Assembly: GCF_021028975.2 (NCBI RefSeq)
Contig: NC_059439.1
Location: 33,976,001 to 34,040,000 of the forward strand
Direction of reading: 5' to 3'
From: Sphaerodactylus townsendi
Lineage: Eukaryota
Length of the DNA stretch: 64,000 nucleotides
Shown: positions 13,150-25,979 of the stretch, piece after piece
Numbering within the stretch: the first letter of the stretch is position 1
How the letters are laid out: each line of letters begins with the position of its first letter
Notes under the pieces: model-generated
What the model was told of the DNA's origin: nothing
The model's input: only the letters and a program-made list of their open reading frames with translations
The model's database searches: none
Position numbers and translations under genes: made by a program

Positions 13150-14001
13150 TGAAATGGATCTGAATGGAATAGTGGAGGAAGACAGTGGTATGAGGTTTGA
13201 CAGTTCCCAGGCCTTGCATGGTTTTACCACTATCACTCTTCTGGAGAATATCTATAAGCAGGCCACAAAGAGACATGTCTGGGAATGTTTGTGAAGGTCC
13301 TCTACCTGTGGGTAAGGCAGGCATTACTGTGAAATGAAACCCTTCCATCTGGTTGTGAATAAGTAGGGTCTACCAGCAAGAATGAGTCATGACAGGAAAC
13401 CATGATTTAAATGAAGTCTTGCTGACTAGAGATTTCAATCACGTTTTATTTTGATTTATTTTTGATTTAGACTGATTTGATTTCAATTAAATCCACCTTA
13501 ACTATCACTGAGAAAAATCTACTTTCAAGAGAGTAATAAATGGCCATGTTAAGGTTACCAGCTCAGGTGAAATTTCACAGAGAGTTGGTGGGAGAGGGGG
13601 ATCAGGAGGTGGGAAGTGGGGACCCCTCAGCAGGATTGGACACCATAGAGTCACTCTCTAGGATGTGAGAAGTGATCTGGCTATATGCCACCCACTGATC
13701 CTTAGGGTTGGTCAACTGAACTGGCACAGCTGGTAGGGTGTCCCCTACCTCCCTCACCGCTCCGTGTGCATCCCTCCCGAAGCTGCGCGCTCAGTGGAAG
13801 AGGATGACCATCCCAGATAGGAGTGTATCATTCTTCTTTGGACTGAGTCCACTCTCCAAAACTTCCATTTTCATTAGAGTAAGCATTTTCTGGAGTTTGG
13901 AGCACAGTAGTAATTCCAGGAGGTTGTCCATGTGCATGAAAACACAGGCTTAATGAAAAAGAATCTTTCCACCACTGATATTTTCAGCAATTAAAAGCCA
14001 T
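13150..14001 (-). pseudogene. Possible decayed CEACAM-like Ig-V(N)-domain gene (two domain relics)
   Basis: Minus-strand ATG in good Kozak context at 14001. Leader-like ..SLCFHAHGQPPGITTVLQTPEN, then across frameshifts WRV..IHSY, DAH..RE, SCA.QLTN.RIS. A second relic at 13420-13150 reads SCW*..GPSQT..CGLLIDILQKSDSG. Stops and indels are present; similarity judged by eye only. Confidence 0.4.
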
Positions 14002-14128
14002 CTTCTCGATCAGGAGTCTTCCAAAGCCCCAGTGATCTCTCCCGTCACTGTGGGCTGAGAACTTTAGTACATTATCTGTTGAAGGAGGCTTTGTCCAGTG
14101 CTCTGCATTACACTTGAATGTGTGACCC

Positions 14129-14161
14129 CTTATATAAGCTGCCTGGAGACACAATGAGTCA
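14129..14161 (-). promoter_or_regulatory. TATA box plus AP-1 site, candidate promoter of the Ig-like relic
   Basis: On the minus strand, TGACTCA (14155-14161) lies 18 bp upstream of TATATAA (14130-14136), about 130 bp before the ATG at 14001. Confidence 0.35.
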
Positions 14162-14859
14162 TGGAAAGTTGGAACAAGCAGGCAGGCAGGCTTTACGACC
14201 AGAAATTGTCACTGTATCCTTAAGGATGTGACAAATGCAGTAAGTAAGAAAAGGTAAATCCTTTAGACTTCTCATAGTAATTATGAGTGCAATAAACAAT
14301 AGAGAATTGCAAGTCAAATCGCTAGCGTGAGAGTAATAAAACCATATAGGTTCATCTATGACTGTGACCTTCAGATGTTAAAATGGCATAAGTGATGTCA
14401 TCAGCAGTTTTATTGGGGAGATCATTATTTATTTTATTCCATGGTTTCAATCCTGTTTTTCCTGTAACAGAACATTCCTGTAACAAACTCACAGCATTTG
14501 TTTTACTGCAACTTCTCTGTGGCTATTGATCCTCGTAGCTAATTTGAATGCAAGTCTCCATGACCTGAGCCCATTATCTCTTCTAAGGATATATGCATCA
14601 TACTTATGAGGTAAAACTCTGAGTTTGAAAATATTGAGGGTTTTTTTTAAAATTACTTTGTCACCAGCTACAAATTTTCTATCTATAAAATAATTTGCTG
14701 CCATCTAGTAGTGCTATTTAAGCTCTTTTTTTACTTCAAAATTCTTCAGAAATTTCAATAAGAACATCACCATGGTGCTAAACTGAATGGGATGAAGTCC
14801 TTCAAAATACAAGATGTGCCTAACTTAACAGTTATGAATATATTTTCCAAAGTAACAGT

Positions 14860-15797
14860 AGGAAATAACTCAACAGCAGTGCAAGAGGCAGGCTAAGTGG
14901 ATCTTTTAGACAACTATACCAGAATTGGCTTTTGAGAGCATTCCACAATGAGACATGGAGAAGCATCACAGTTCCTAAGTGATGTAAACAGGGAGAAAAA
15001 GACAGGTTTGGATAGGTTGGGAGGGAACAGAGGACTTATCGTTACCTAAATTCTGCAGAGAAGTTCTGGAAGAGGCAGGGATTCCTATGCTAGTGATGGG
15101 GGCCAGTAGCACCTGGAGCCAGCAGCAGCTAAGGAGCCAGCCTTGGAAAGCCAGCATGGAGAGCATGGAGGCTTGTAAAGCCAGCACTGAGAACTTGAGC
15201 CAGCAGCAGCTGGAGCCAGCATTGAGAATGGGGAACTTGGTTGCTGTATTTTATACCTTAAGCTTGAGTGAGGGGAGGGAGCTAGTAAGTTTCAGTTTTC
15301 CTGTAAGTTTCTATTAAAAAGAGAAGTTTAATTTTCCTGGATTTTCTGGGTTTCCATGCTGGGATTGCAGGCTTGAGCTAATTAGTGGTTCTATCTATTG
15401 TTTCTAAGTGTTGGGATAATGGGAGTCAATTGTTCATGATTACATTAGGGCTCTGAAGGCTTTATGCAGAGTAACACCTTAGGTTTTCTGCTCAATTATT
15501 CAATTTGGTTGAGGCTTTGATTGGATCAGGAAGGGATTGATTGTTAGAGGGAGATCGTATCTAGAGGCAGAGGAAGGCAGGGAAAGGCAATTGTTGAGAA
15601 ATGGTTTCTCAGGTAGATTAAATATAATGTAGCATCAGGGAGTTTCAGGATTCATTGTATCAGAACAGCTTAGCGGAGATTATGATGTCAAGATGTGTCC
15701 ATGGTCATTAGGCTTCCAGCTCCTGTTGCCTGGAGTATCATTCACTGATTTAATCTTGCAAGCAGACCTTTCCTTGGACCTGTTTTTAGGGGTGACA
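14860..15797 (-). mobile_element. Probable solo LTR
   Basis: Minus strand starts TGTCACCCC at 15797, with TATAAAA at ~15250 followed by short internal repeats. The other end is not defined. Confidence 0.4.
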
Positions 15798-16219
15798 CTC
15801 TGCTACCTACACAAATATGAAAAGTGGCTTTTGCCAATACAGTTCTGAAAAATGATATAGGATCCATATTTCAACAATGTGGGATGTGAGGGTAGACTAA
15901 CAAAGCCATTGATAATTTAAAGAAATATACAGCTGTTTCAAGGGCTAATTCTTATCAGGTCACCAGCACAGTGGTCATGCCCCATTCTTTTTTTTTAAAG
16001 TGATGAAATAGCTGTTGGGGGGGTTCTAGAAACTTTAGCTATTAATAAGGCATTAATAAAGGAGGTGAATAAGGTGCCTCTGCCAGCCAGTTCATTGATC
16101 CTTGCACCATTTTAAATAAAGTAAATGGCTAGGACACCCTCACATGGAGTGCTTACAAACTGATTAAAATTAGTAAAATTTATAACTTAAGAATATTTTG
16201 ATCCCACCCTTCATCCAAG

Positions 16220-16341
16220 AATTGACCTTCTCCTTTTAATCCTCACCACAATACTTCTAGGGAGTAAATTGAAAATGGGAAATTGACCTTCTCCTTTTAA
16301 TCCTCACCACAATACTTCTAGGGAGTAAATTGAAAATGGGA
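16220..16341. repeat. Perfect 61-bp tandem duplication
   Basis: AATTGACCTTCTCC...GAAAATGGGA at 16220-16280 and 16281-16341. Confidence 0.95.
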
Positions 16342-16491
16342 AGTGAGTTAGTGCAGTGGGGTAAAAAATCTGTGGGCAGATTAATTTTTAAAAAATACTA
16401 AAAGCATAATCTCAGGCCCAATGGGTTAAAATATCTAAATGATCATTTAAACTTTGAATTATCAACAATCCTTTGAGGTAGGTTAGACAGA

Positions 16492-17023
16492 GGCCCACTC
16501 CGCATGGGCCAACAGACACGGGTGTAGGGTGATGAAAATACAATTGGGTGGGGACTTCGCATGGATTCCGCCCCTAAAATGAGTCTGCCGCATGTTATTT
16601 CCCCCAAACTGGGTTTTTTGAAAATCATGCTATATGCCAGTCTTTTGAAAAATCCCGGGTTGCAGTTGCTTGTGGTAGCGGCCCGGAACAGGAGGGAGTA
16701 TTATTAGAGGCTGTACTCCTTTTTTCATTTGCTGCTTCTATCTGCATAGCCATGCAAATGCAGATGGTCATATCGTGGTATCATGAGATGTCAGCGTGGC
16801 TGTGGGGGGTCATTTGTGCATGCCTGTATAGCTGTGCATTGGTGGGAGGTAAAGAAATAAAAAAGTGGAGCATTACCTCTATCTTGAAGGCATGACAGCC
16901 ACTGCATTGTTCTGTAACTCCAATCACTGCCTGTGGGTATGCGGATGTGAAAACAGGAAAAGCGAGTTAAGCACAGCCCAACTAAAGTAACTGCAGCTAT
17001 TCATTTGCTGTGTGGAGTGGACC
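16492..17023. mobile_element. Older Harbinger-like non-autonomous element
   Basis: Imperfect TIRs GGCCCACTCCGCA / TGTGGAGTGGACC. Confidence 0.5.
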
Positions 17024-17499
17024 ACCTGAGAGAAAGGAGACTGATTCATGGTCCCTTGGATCCGAGTTAGACCTCTAGCTACTATGCTGCACTGCACAAC
17101 TAGTGTAATTTTTTAGAAGCAACTCTCCTCTGTACAACACAGGTATCCCAATGATGGCAGAAAACCATTTTAAAACTTGCTTGGTGTTCCACCAATGTAA
17201 AGAAATGTCCCTCTCTCTCTAATGCTGGATTAGATCAACCAGCTTTCCACTGAATTGAAAAGGAGTCCTTTTGATGAAGAAAAGGGTATGCTGGGGATCA
17301 CAAGATCTGCATGAACCAAAGCCATGTGGGATAGAGGCTGTTGTAATAGGAGGGATTATTGTCAGGATCCAATACACTATCTTTCCTCAGGCACATGTCA
17401 TTTTCACAAGAGGATCACCCAATTTCCTCTCAGTCTTTTTGTGCTTGCTTTAATATCCTTGTTTACATTTCCTATCATCTGTCATTCAAATTCTCAGGG

Positions 17500-18620
17500 C
17501 TTATTTCCCTTGATTCTGCAGGACAATTTCCATTCCAAATGCCTCAAGGAATTTTCTAATAATTTTGAAAGTTTAGGCCTCTCACCCCAGGCTCTCTGGC
17601 AGCAAGGAAGAGACCAAGACAAACAATTCATAAAGCAAGGAGTGGAAGACACTGAATGCCAAATGGACATCTCAAGATCTCCAGCAAACACTAGACACAT
17701 TCTTGCATCAGCCATATATTTGTCACTGTTGGAAACAGACAGTTCCAAAAGGATGCTCACTTTAGCCAGAGGCTTGGCGTTACCCTCTGCAGTGCTGATG
17801 TAACCCCCATGCCCAGAATGGGTTGACCCAGTAAGGGGTGGAGACTCAAAGCAGCAAGAGGCTGCAGCAGACCTCATGTAGTTGGAGGAGACAAGGCTAC
17901 CAGACTCGGACCTTGGTTGTATAAGCCCTTAACACCTTGTTAAGGTAACTGCAATGTTGTTGGGAGCTAGTGGGAAGGCAGTTGTTTGTTTTTGCTATGT
18001 TGTAAATGTTGGAGTTTATTGTTTCTGGGTTTCTTTTTGTGGTTGTAATTGGTGAGAGTTCTCCTGGAAACCTTCATCATGTTGCATCCTGTTCATCAAG
18101 CCCTTGGAGTCTTCAGGAGCCAACCCACTTGCAAAGTAGAATTGGACTTGGCAGTATCAGTAGACTGTAAATATAAGGACTTGAAAATGCAACTTGAACA
18201 GAACCTTGAAATGTGATGTTAAATGTTGATGTTATGTTAAGAAAGTAAACCATTTGGTTTTTAAAAAGTTGTTGTTGCAAACTCATTCCAAGTTCTGCCC
18301 CACAGAACCCACAAGCTGAGGTTACACTGACAGATAGGAAAATCCCCTACCCAGAAAGGCTATGTCCTTGTTTGTCAGATCAGTGGAGTCGTCGGAGCAC
18401 AATTTTTTCCCACTGTCCACATAATACAGATGTTTGCTCTGAGATTATCAACACCTTACTGGACAAGTTTCCAAGTTTCTTTGAGAGAGGTAGGCCTGAG
18501 CATCTTTTGTCTGATGGGACTCCCACGAACTCCCAAGAAGTTGCTAGATTCTGTGCACAGGTCTGCAAAGCTTGGAAATTGCACATAGTTCCTCAAGCTG
18601 TTTAATTTTGTAATTCAGGC
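17500..18620 (+). mobile_element. RTE-X-like LINE 3' fragment, split by a solo LTR
   Basis: RMLTLARGLALPSAVL before the LTR and RKIPYPERLCPC after it. Same LAR..LPS..IP..ER.C.C C-terminal motif as the elements at 26.7, 36.3 and 60.8 kb. Confidence 0.7.
17799..18326 (+). mobile_element. Solo LTR (528 bp), 4-bp TSD
   Basis: TGTAACC...GGTTACA inverted ends. TSD CTGA at 17795-17798 and 18327-18330. TATAA at ~17920, AGTAAA at ~18244. Confidence 0.92.
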
Positions 18621-19572
18621 ATTTTTTTATCTTAAGCAGTTTTATTTTTTTTCCAAATTAATTAATGATGACTGTTTGAACTAGCAAATCTGTTTAAATT
18701 AGCCCAATTGCTCCAATGTTAAACAGTATTTTTATCTTGTTTGCATGTACATATTGTGGGTTGATGACTGTAATGAGGACTGAACTGAACTGAATTATCC
18801 CAATTGCAACAGTTATATTGCACATTTTAGTCAGCACACAGAGATCTTGGGGAGGCGGGGCGGGGGCAGAATCACGTAAGTTCCAATAGTTCACTGGAAC
18901 ATTGCTGAGAGAAATGATGTAATTTGGAGCAATCTGTTCAGTGCCTTCTTCAGAATACCATCCAGCTGTGTTTGAGCTAATGCAATGGGACCAGTGATAA
19001 ATAAAGGGCTTAATTGATGTAATTATCAGTTCAGAGCTTCTTTCACAACAGATGTTGCATCTTGTTCCTGAATGATCATGGCAGTAGTCACAACGTACCA
19101 CTATATTCTCAGTACAATCCTGTGGGGAAAGGGTTAAAGTGCTCTGGGATCTGACTGACTACAGTAAATATACACCAGTTTAAGGTTTAGTTACATTGGG
19201 GCAGGCCCCTAGCACCTCTCCACAGCTCTCTGGCTAGTGTGACACCGTAGCATCCACCCATCCATGCAACAGATGTATTTGGCCCATGAGCCAGTGTGGT
19301 TATGAGTGGGCTTGGGGCATTACCCCATTTAGTCACCTTCCAAAGTTCTTCCAATGGGAAAGTTCTTAGTGCTCTCTCACAGTGGGGCCGTGAGATGAAC
19401 TAGTGCCACAGTTCAGACTGTAATGAATAAATCCCAGTTTAACCAGTGCATTTTGTTGGATATCTTCCTTTTGAGGCATGGAGGCAAAAAGAAGCTTACA
19501 GCAGAAGAAAGTGGGGAAACAGAGGAAGTGATTTTCCAAACTTCTCTCCCATTTCTGTTTGGCTGGCTGATT

Positions 19573-19576
19573 TAAT

Positions 19577-19619
<43 letters not shown>

Positions 19620-20290
19620 TTATATTTGTATACCGCCCTCCCCGAAGGCTCAGGGCGGTTTCCAACAACATAAAAATTTAAAACATCATAAATATAAGTT
19701 AATTAAAATACATAAAATATTAAACTAGAGATGGCTTCAACTATTATTCATTTTGTGTGAACAGGCCAGATGTTTACCCAATTATTGCGGTTGATATCAT
19801 TCCGGCTGGCCAAATGCCTGGCGGGAACAGGTCGTTTACAGGCCCTGCAGAGAGCATGAAATCCCTTGGGGCCCTGAGAATCTCACCTGGAAGCCCTGTT
19901 CCACCAGGTGAGGAGGCCAGAGCCCGTAAAAGCCCTGGCCCTTGCTGAGGCCGGATCACCTTAGAGGCAGGGATCACCAGTAGGTCACTCGATGAGCGGA
20001 GGGGCCTAGAAATATAGGAGAGCGGTCCCTTAGATATGCAGACCAGGCATGAATGGCTTTAAAGGTGAAAACCAAAACTTTAAACATGACCCGGTACTCG
20101 ATCGGCAGCCAGTGCAGTTGGTATAGGACCGGAGTAATCCGGTCCTATACCAATTAATTAATTAATTAATTTATTTATCATATTTATATACCGCCCTCCC
20201 CCAAAGGCTCAGGGCGGTGTCCATCAGTCATAAAACAATTTAAAACATATCATAATATCGTAAATACTAAAACTTTGCAGATGGCTTCAT
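19573..20290 (-). mobile_element. Two adjacent L2 LINE 3' fragments
   Basis: Two (ATTT)n tails, each followed by TACCGCCCTCCC..GGCTCAGGGCGG. 19800-20130 resembles the L2 ORF end at 33 kb. Confidence 0.8.
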
Positions 20291-20338
20291 TTTACATAAC
20301 CTTATTATGGTGGGCCCCCTGGCCCTGCGCGCCTGAAG

Positions 20339-20647
20339 CAGGCGCGCAGGGCCAGGGGGGCGTGTCCCCAGGCCTCGGCGACGCGCCGGAGGCCCGGGGA
20401 GAAGGTGAGTGCCGGGTGGGGGAGGCGGCATGAAGCCGCTGCCGTTCGCTCGGCAGCGGCTTCATGCCGGCGTTTCCCCAAAAAGAGCGCTGGGAAGCGC
20501 TCTGGGGAAACGCCGCCTTCAGGCCGGCCGGGCGGCGCGAGGGCGGCGCGGCTGCGTTGCAGCTGCGCCCCCCGTGCGAATGGCGGCCTGGAGACGGTGT
20601 TTTTACCGTCTCCAGGCCGCCATGAATTGCCCGTGCAGAAATGGCCT
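20339..20647. mobile_element. CpG-rich Harbinger-like MITE remnant
   Basis: Ends ..GTGCAGAAATGGCC followed by TTA. High CpG content suggests it is young. Confidence 0.5.
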
Positions 20648-22369
20648 TAGAGAGTTTCCTGTGCCTGGAAACCTAATTCAAACAGGAAAAAAAGCATTTT
20701 TATTGAAAGCAGGTTTATTGGAAGCAGGGGAAAACAAAGCAGTTCTGGTCCAACTGGGTCAACAATAAAACATATTAAATAATCTCTGTTGCCTGGAGAT
20801 CAGCTGTAATCCCAGGGGGATCTCCAGCTACCCCCTGGAGGCTGGCAACCCTGTAGGAAAGGCCTAAACACACTTGCTGATTTCCAAAGCCTGCTTTCTC
20901 TCAAGCGTTTCAAACCCAACAGGCTGAAGGAATAAACAACTGACGATTAACAGTCCGGTGAGGAAAGTGCTCGGGGGATCGTGGCAGCCCCTTTGGAGCA
21001 GAGCGACAGTCTTTATGATCTTCCCGAATCCTCAGCCCTTTGCAGTATCTACTGCCAAGACAGATCAACGAAGAAGAGCATGCCCCCCCTTCAGTCTGGG
21101 GGTACGTCTGCCCAGCTTCTGAGACCTGACGAGATGAGGCTGGGTGGGCCGTCGAGGTCAGAGAAACTTCAGCTTAGAAGGCTTCAGATACAGGCAGGAG
21201 TCCCTCTCAGCGTGGCTCACGAAAGTCGAATTTAGAGTGCATTCTCTGCACGTATTGCAAAGCGTCCTCGAGTTTCCAGGGCAAGGTGGGGCCCCTGCTT
21301 GGCTGGTTTGTACACCTGCGGCCTGTCCAAGTAGAGAGTGTTGGGTAGAGGGCTCGTTTCCCTGATTTAGCAGACGACAGCTTCTCTCTCAGACTCAGAG
21401 CCAGGAAAAGATGGGCACCAGGAACCATTTCCTTCCATCTTCCACTTGTGATTTGCATCAGGAACAAACTCGGCAGCATACTTGCCAGCCAGCAATGCAT
21501 GTGGCGTGGCTGGGAATGTATGTTGAGAAGCTGTAATTTCTCCCGGAGGTTCCTCAGACACTTCTGGCCATTTTACTGTCGGGGGATTCTAGATTTTCCT
21601 GCTCTTATGCTGGAGAAATAAGTTTTTGGAGTGAAGGCATCAAGGAAGCTATTCAAAGTAGGCTTTTTCAGTAACCCTCACATGATAAGTTCTGCCAATC
21701 TCCCTAGTAAGTTAGGTTGGGAACCTCCGTGATAGAGAAGATGGAAATCCAGTATATGGCCCTAGAGGGACAGGCATCTCCACTGAAAGGGTATCTAGAA
21801 GCAAGATTCAGATAGACATCTGTTTCGACACCTTGGAGAACTTCAGGCATAATTCTCGGCTTGGTGGACCAATTCCCTCACTTTGGAAAAGGCTTACAAT
21901 CCTACTGTCTCCTGAAAGAAACCCAAAGGTATGACTTGGGAGTAAAATGTTGGGGAGCGGGGTGGAGATTTCCCTTTTGTGGCTTTAGCTTTCTCAAGTG
22001 TTCGCTTTACGATGTGTCTGGCAACTGTGAAGGAAACCAAAAATCCCTGACGTTTTACACAAAATGTGCAGGTAGCGTTCACAACAGCCGTTCGTAACCC
22101 TTTTTTCACTCCCATAACCCTGGGCAACCCATTTCCCTAAAACTGTACCCCCATATTAGCAAACTCATTGCTTAACTCTTTTTGCGTATCTCCAACTGAT
22201 CTAGGCTTTCAAAAGATACAGTTACTAACCACACAGGTTCACATTTGATTAAGTTCTGTTTACAATTTGATTTAGTTATTTTAAATGGGCTGGTTTAGTT
22301 CAAATCTATAACCATTATTTTTTGGAATTACTCCCCAGAAATTCTACCCTGCTACTTACCTAGACCAAC

Positions 22370-22934
22370 GCTGTTCTTTATATTCAGAAATAAGGAAAAG
22401 GTTTTTGGAACCAATACTACCTAGGACAGCTTTTTTGTCCGATGATGAGAAACTGATTTTCTTACTATCTGATATTGATTCCTATGTTTCTTACAAGATG
22501 GCTCTCTTTGCCCTGGCGGCTAGGAAATTACGAGCAAAGTATTTAAAGCACTGTTTGAACTGATGTTCCAAAGTACTGGAGGTTAACTTAGGCTCATTCC
22601 GCACATGCAGAATAATGCACTTTCAAACTGCTTTCAGTGCTCTTTGAAGCTGTGCGGAATAGCAAAATCTACTTGCAAACAGTTCTGAAAGTGGTTTGAA
22701 AACACATTATTTTGCGTGTGCGGAAGGGGCCTTAGACTAGCTAAAGAAGCTGCAAAAACATCTGACGTGGAAGTATTTGATGGGGCATTTTAATGTAGAA
22801 ATTGCGAATACAAATAATTTATATTTTAATGTAAAACTAAGTTATTGTTTTAATTTAAATGTTTTAACTGCATGTATCTCTGTATTGTTATAGCCAATGG
22901 CTCAAACAATAAATACTTGACTTGACTTGACTTG
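22370..22934 (+). mobile_element. 5'-truncated LINE (RTE-X-like) with 16-bp TSD and a nested MITE
   Basis: AATAAA plus (CTTGA)n tail. TSD ACTTACCTAGACCAAC at 22354-22369 and 22935-22950. Confidence 0.85.
22591..22731. mobile_element. PIF/Harbinger-type ~140-bp MITE (type copy)
   Basis: TIRs GGCTCATTCCGCAC / GTGCGGAAGGGGCC and TTA TSD. Further copies at 22969-23109, 23879-23990, ~25750-25888, 27268-27408, 28247-28386, 30164-30308, 30871-31020(+31423) and ~55165-55293. Confidence 0.9.
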
Positions 22935-24789
22935 ACTTACCTAGACCAACTGGTAAATTATAATCTTAGGCCCCTTCTGCACACGCAAAATAATGCGTTT
23001 TCAAACCACTTTCACGACTGTTTGCAAGTGGATTTTGCCATTCTGCACAGCTTCAAAGAGCACTGAAAACAGTTTGAAAGTGCATTATTCTGCATGTGCA
23101 GAATGAGCCCTAGATAGGTTATGACTGGAGCAAGATGAAACTCCTTTCCCTCAGCTTTACTCCAAGGTCGTTTTTCTAATATTGCTCATCTTGAGTGAGG
23201 CTGCCTGTTCAGTCTCCATATACCAGACACACTTGCTCATGTCTTACTTCACTGCTCTAAACATAATAATCTTAGATCTGACCTGGTTGCATTATTTCCT
23301 ACAGGATTTGTGTCTCTTCCAGACAAAATAAAAATGATTATGGAATAATCCTGAGGTAGAAATATCCAAAGCTGTAGCCACATTCTTAATACTGTTTTGC
23401 ATGCCTTCTAATAATGTTCTTTTAACTGTAACTTTATTTAGTTTTAACTGTTTGGGGTTTTTTTTTTAATGCGTATTAAAGATTTCTGAAATCTGGGTAC
23501 ACATACCCGAGGTTGTTAACTGCTGGTTGAAGAATCAGTTTTTGCAATGGATTCACGGCCCCACCCCTCTGTTAGAAGAAGGGACGGTCACAAGAACTCT
23601 TGCTTTGTAATCTATTTCTGGGAGACACGCTTGTCTCTTCATGGATGGACACACAGTTTAACAGGGAGGACAGTACTTTGTGGGGAGAAAGGGTGGGGGA
23701 GATTTTTGTGAGGGGAAAAGAGCCGCGAGGTCTCTGATAAAAACCAACCCCTTCCTGCCTTGTCATTTAAGTTGTGATGTACACCTGTCACCACAGGCTT
23801 GATAGAATTACAACAGTTCTGTCATAATTAAGTCACTAATATGCCAATATGCCAAGAGATAGTCATGGGATGGTCTTAGGCTCATTCCGCACATGCAGAA
23901 TAATGCACTTTTGCGGAATAGCAAAATCCACTTGGAACCAGTTGTGAAAGTGGTTTGAAAACACATTATTTTGTGTGTGCGGAAGGGGCCTTAATGTTCC
24001 CAAAACATGCAGAGATTTAGCTTCGTTGTTTGACCTGACTTAGCACATTTCACACCATTGACATCCTGTTCTTTGGATGTTTCTACTTTCTTATCTGAAT
24101 GTGCCTTTATGGCCCTGACTTAAACTAAACAAAGGGAGCAAAGTCTTGGCGCTTCTCTGGGGAATCTCAGAATCCTGGTGCCAGGGAGGGTTTGTTTCTT
24201 GGCAGAGACGGGAGTTTTTCCTCTTTATCATTGAGATGCCTGAATTCCTGGGCATGATTTAGAAATAAAAGGGGTCTTCTGATGACACTATGCCAAATGC
24301 TAATAGACTAGGTCAGAGAGCCGACATGGCTTCTCGCTTAACAGATTATGGCTGTTGCCATCCAGGCCTTGGCTAGGAAAAAGGGAAAAAGGAAAAAAAT
24401 ATCTATTTTTCTGATATGCGCCCACGCACTTGACTGGAAGCGGCATTTGGATTCATGCCGTGTGGACTTTCCGCACCTTCCTCTGAATTGCAAAAAAAAT
24501 TATAAACCAAATTGGTTGAATTAGGCAACAGAATTGGTCGCCGTTTCCAAGTCGGGAGCTCCCTTCTCCCACCACACCTGACATGTACAAGTCCCGGGGA
24601 TGTATTCAAGGAGACCTTGTCAAGGAGAGGAGGAATTCTTCCCATTCTAGAGGTAATTGTGATTCTCACTTGCAAACTGCAGCGGGGGTGGGTGCGGGGG
24701 TGGGAGAGCTTAGTCAGGAGGGCAGGAAGCAGAGCCTAGTTCACCACATCTGCACACTTCCTGTTGGCTAAGCATTTGACCTCCAAAGC

Positions 24790-25472
24790 AGCCAGCGTGG
24801 CGTGGTGGTTAAGAGCAGGTGGATTCTAATCTGGAGAACCAGGTTTGATTCCCCCCTCCCACATAAGTGGCAGACTCTTATCTGGTGAACTGGATTTGTT
24901 TCCCTGCTCCTGCACATGAAGCCTGCTGGGTGACCTTGCACCAGTCACAGTTCTCTCAGAACTCTCCCGGTCCCACCTACCTCACAAGGTGTCTGTGGTG
25001 GGGAGAGGAAGGGAAAGGAGTTTGTAAGTCACCTTGAGCCGCCTTACAGGAGAGGAAGGTAGGGGTATAAATCCAAACTCTTCTCTTCTTCTTCTCTCCA
25101 GGAGGACTGATCTCAACTGAGATTTGATGCTGAGTTCAGTGGGCTGGTTTGTGTCCACTTTGACAACAGAGGAAGAAGAGGAAGAAGAGTTTGGATTTAT
25201 ATCCCCCCTTTCTCTCCTGCAGGAGACTCAAAGGGGCTGACAATCTCCTTGCCCTTCCCCCCTCACAACAAACACCCTGTGAGGTAGGTGGGGCTGAGAG
25301 AGCTCCGAGAAGCTGTGACTAGCCCAAGGTCACCCAGCTGGCATGTGTGGGAGTGCACAGGCTAATCTGAATTCCCCAGGTAAGCCTCCACAGCTCAGGC
25401 GGCAGAGCTGGGAATCAAACTTGGTTCCTCCAGATTAGATACATGAGCTCTTAACCTCCTACGCCACTGCTG
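24790..25472. repeat. Two tRNA-derived SINEs tail-to-tail (+ 24790-25095; - 25172-25472)
   Basis: A/B-box tRNA head (GTGGCGTRGKRGTTAAGAGC..GGTTTGATTCCC) and (CTT)n tails. The same family occurs at approx. 27770-28070(-), 40072-40280(-), 41030-41495(+, two), 43567-43890(-), 45548-45866(-), 47120-47416(+), 48580-48902(-), 50331-50560(-), 51836-52025(-), 53080-53388(-), 54540-54827(+), 55985-56400(-), 57421-57698(+), 62835-63050(+). Confidence 0.88.
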
Positions 25473-25979
25473 CAAAGGTTGGCTTTTTAAAAATAGCTTT
25501 CTACCTCCCAGAGAAGGGCCCTTGCTGACCCATGCGTATGGTTCTCTTTGGTCCTCCAAAACGACTAGGCACCTGGCACCTGTTTCTCGCCCTTGGAGGG
25601 GTTTTCTCTTCAGCATTATGCTGCCACTAAGTGGCCGTTTTGAGAAGCTATGAGAGTATTCCCATCATCCATAAAAACAGCTTACTGCTTTTTTTTTAAA
25701 AAAAAGACTGCATTATTCAGACTTAGAAAACTTACAGGGGCAAAAAAACCTGATGCAGAATAATGCACTTTCAATCCGTTTCACAATTGTTTGCAAGTAG
25801 ATATTGCTATTGCACACTGTAAAATCCAGTGGCAAAGTGGTCTGAAAGTGGATTGGAAGTGCATTATTCTGCACGTGCGGAAGCGGCCTCAGAAAACACA
25901 TTTCACAAGAAGGCTCCCGATTTGCCAGTAGGGATGTCTGTCTTGATTTGTGCTGCCATTGTTCTCCCCCCCCCCCAAT

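Noticed and set aside
18694-19101. 135-aa Cys-containing minus-strand ORF
   Set aside because: Non-ATG start and no recognisable domain or splice structure.
20340-20650. CpG island/promoter (also 41830-42790)
   Set aside because: The first ends in a MITE-type terminus and the second interrupts a CR1. Both are better explained as young TEs or noisy fill.
24583-24652. Upstream coding exon for OR-1 using donor GAG|GTAATT
   Set aside because: The ATG at 24583 is in the wrong phase, and the correctly phased ATG at 24600 hits TAG before the donor. At most a non-coding exon.
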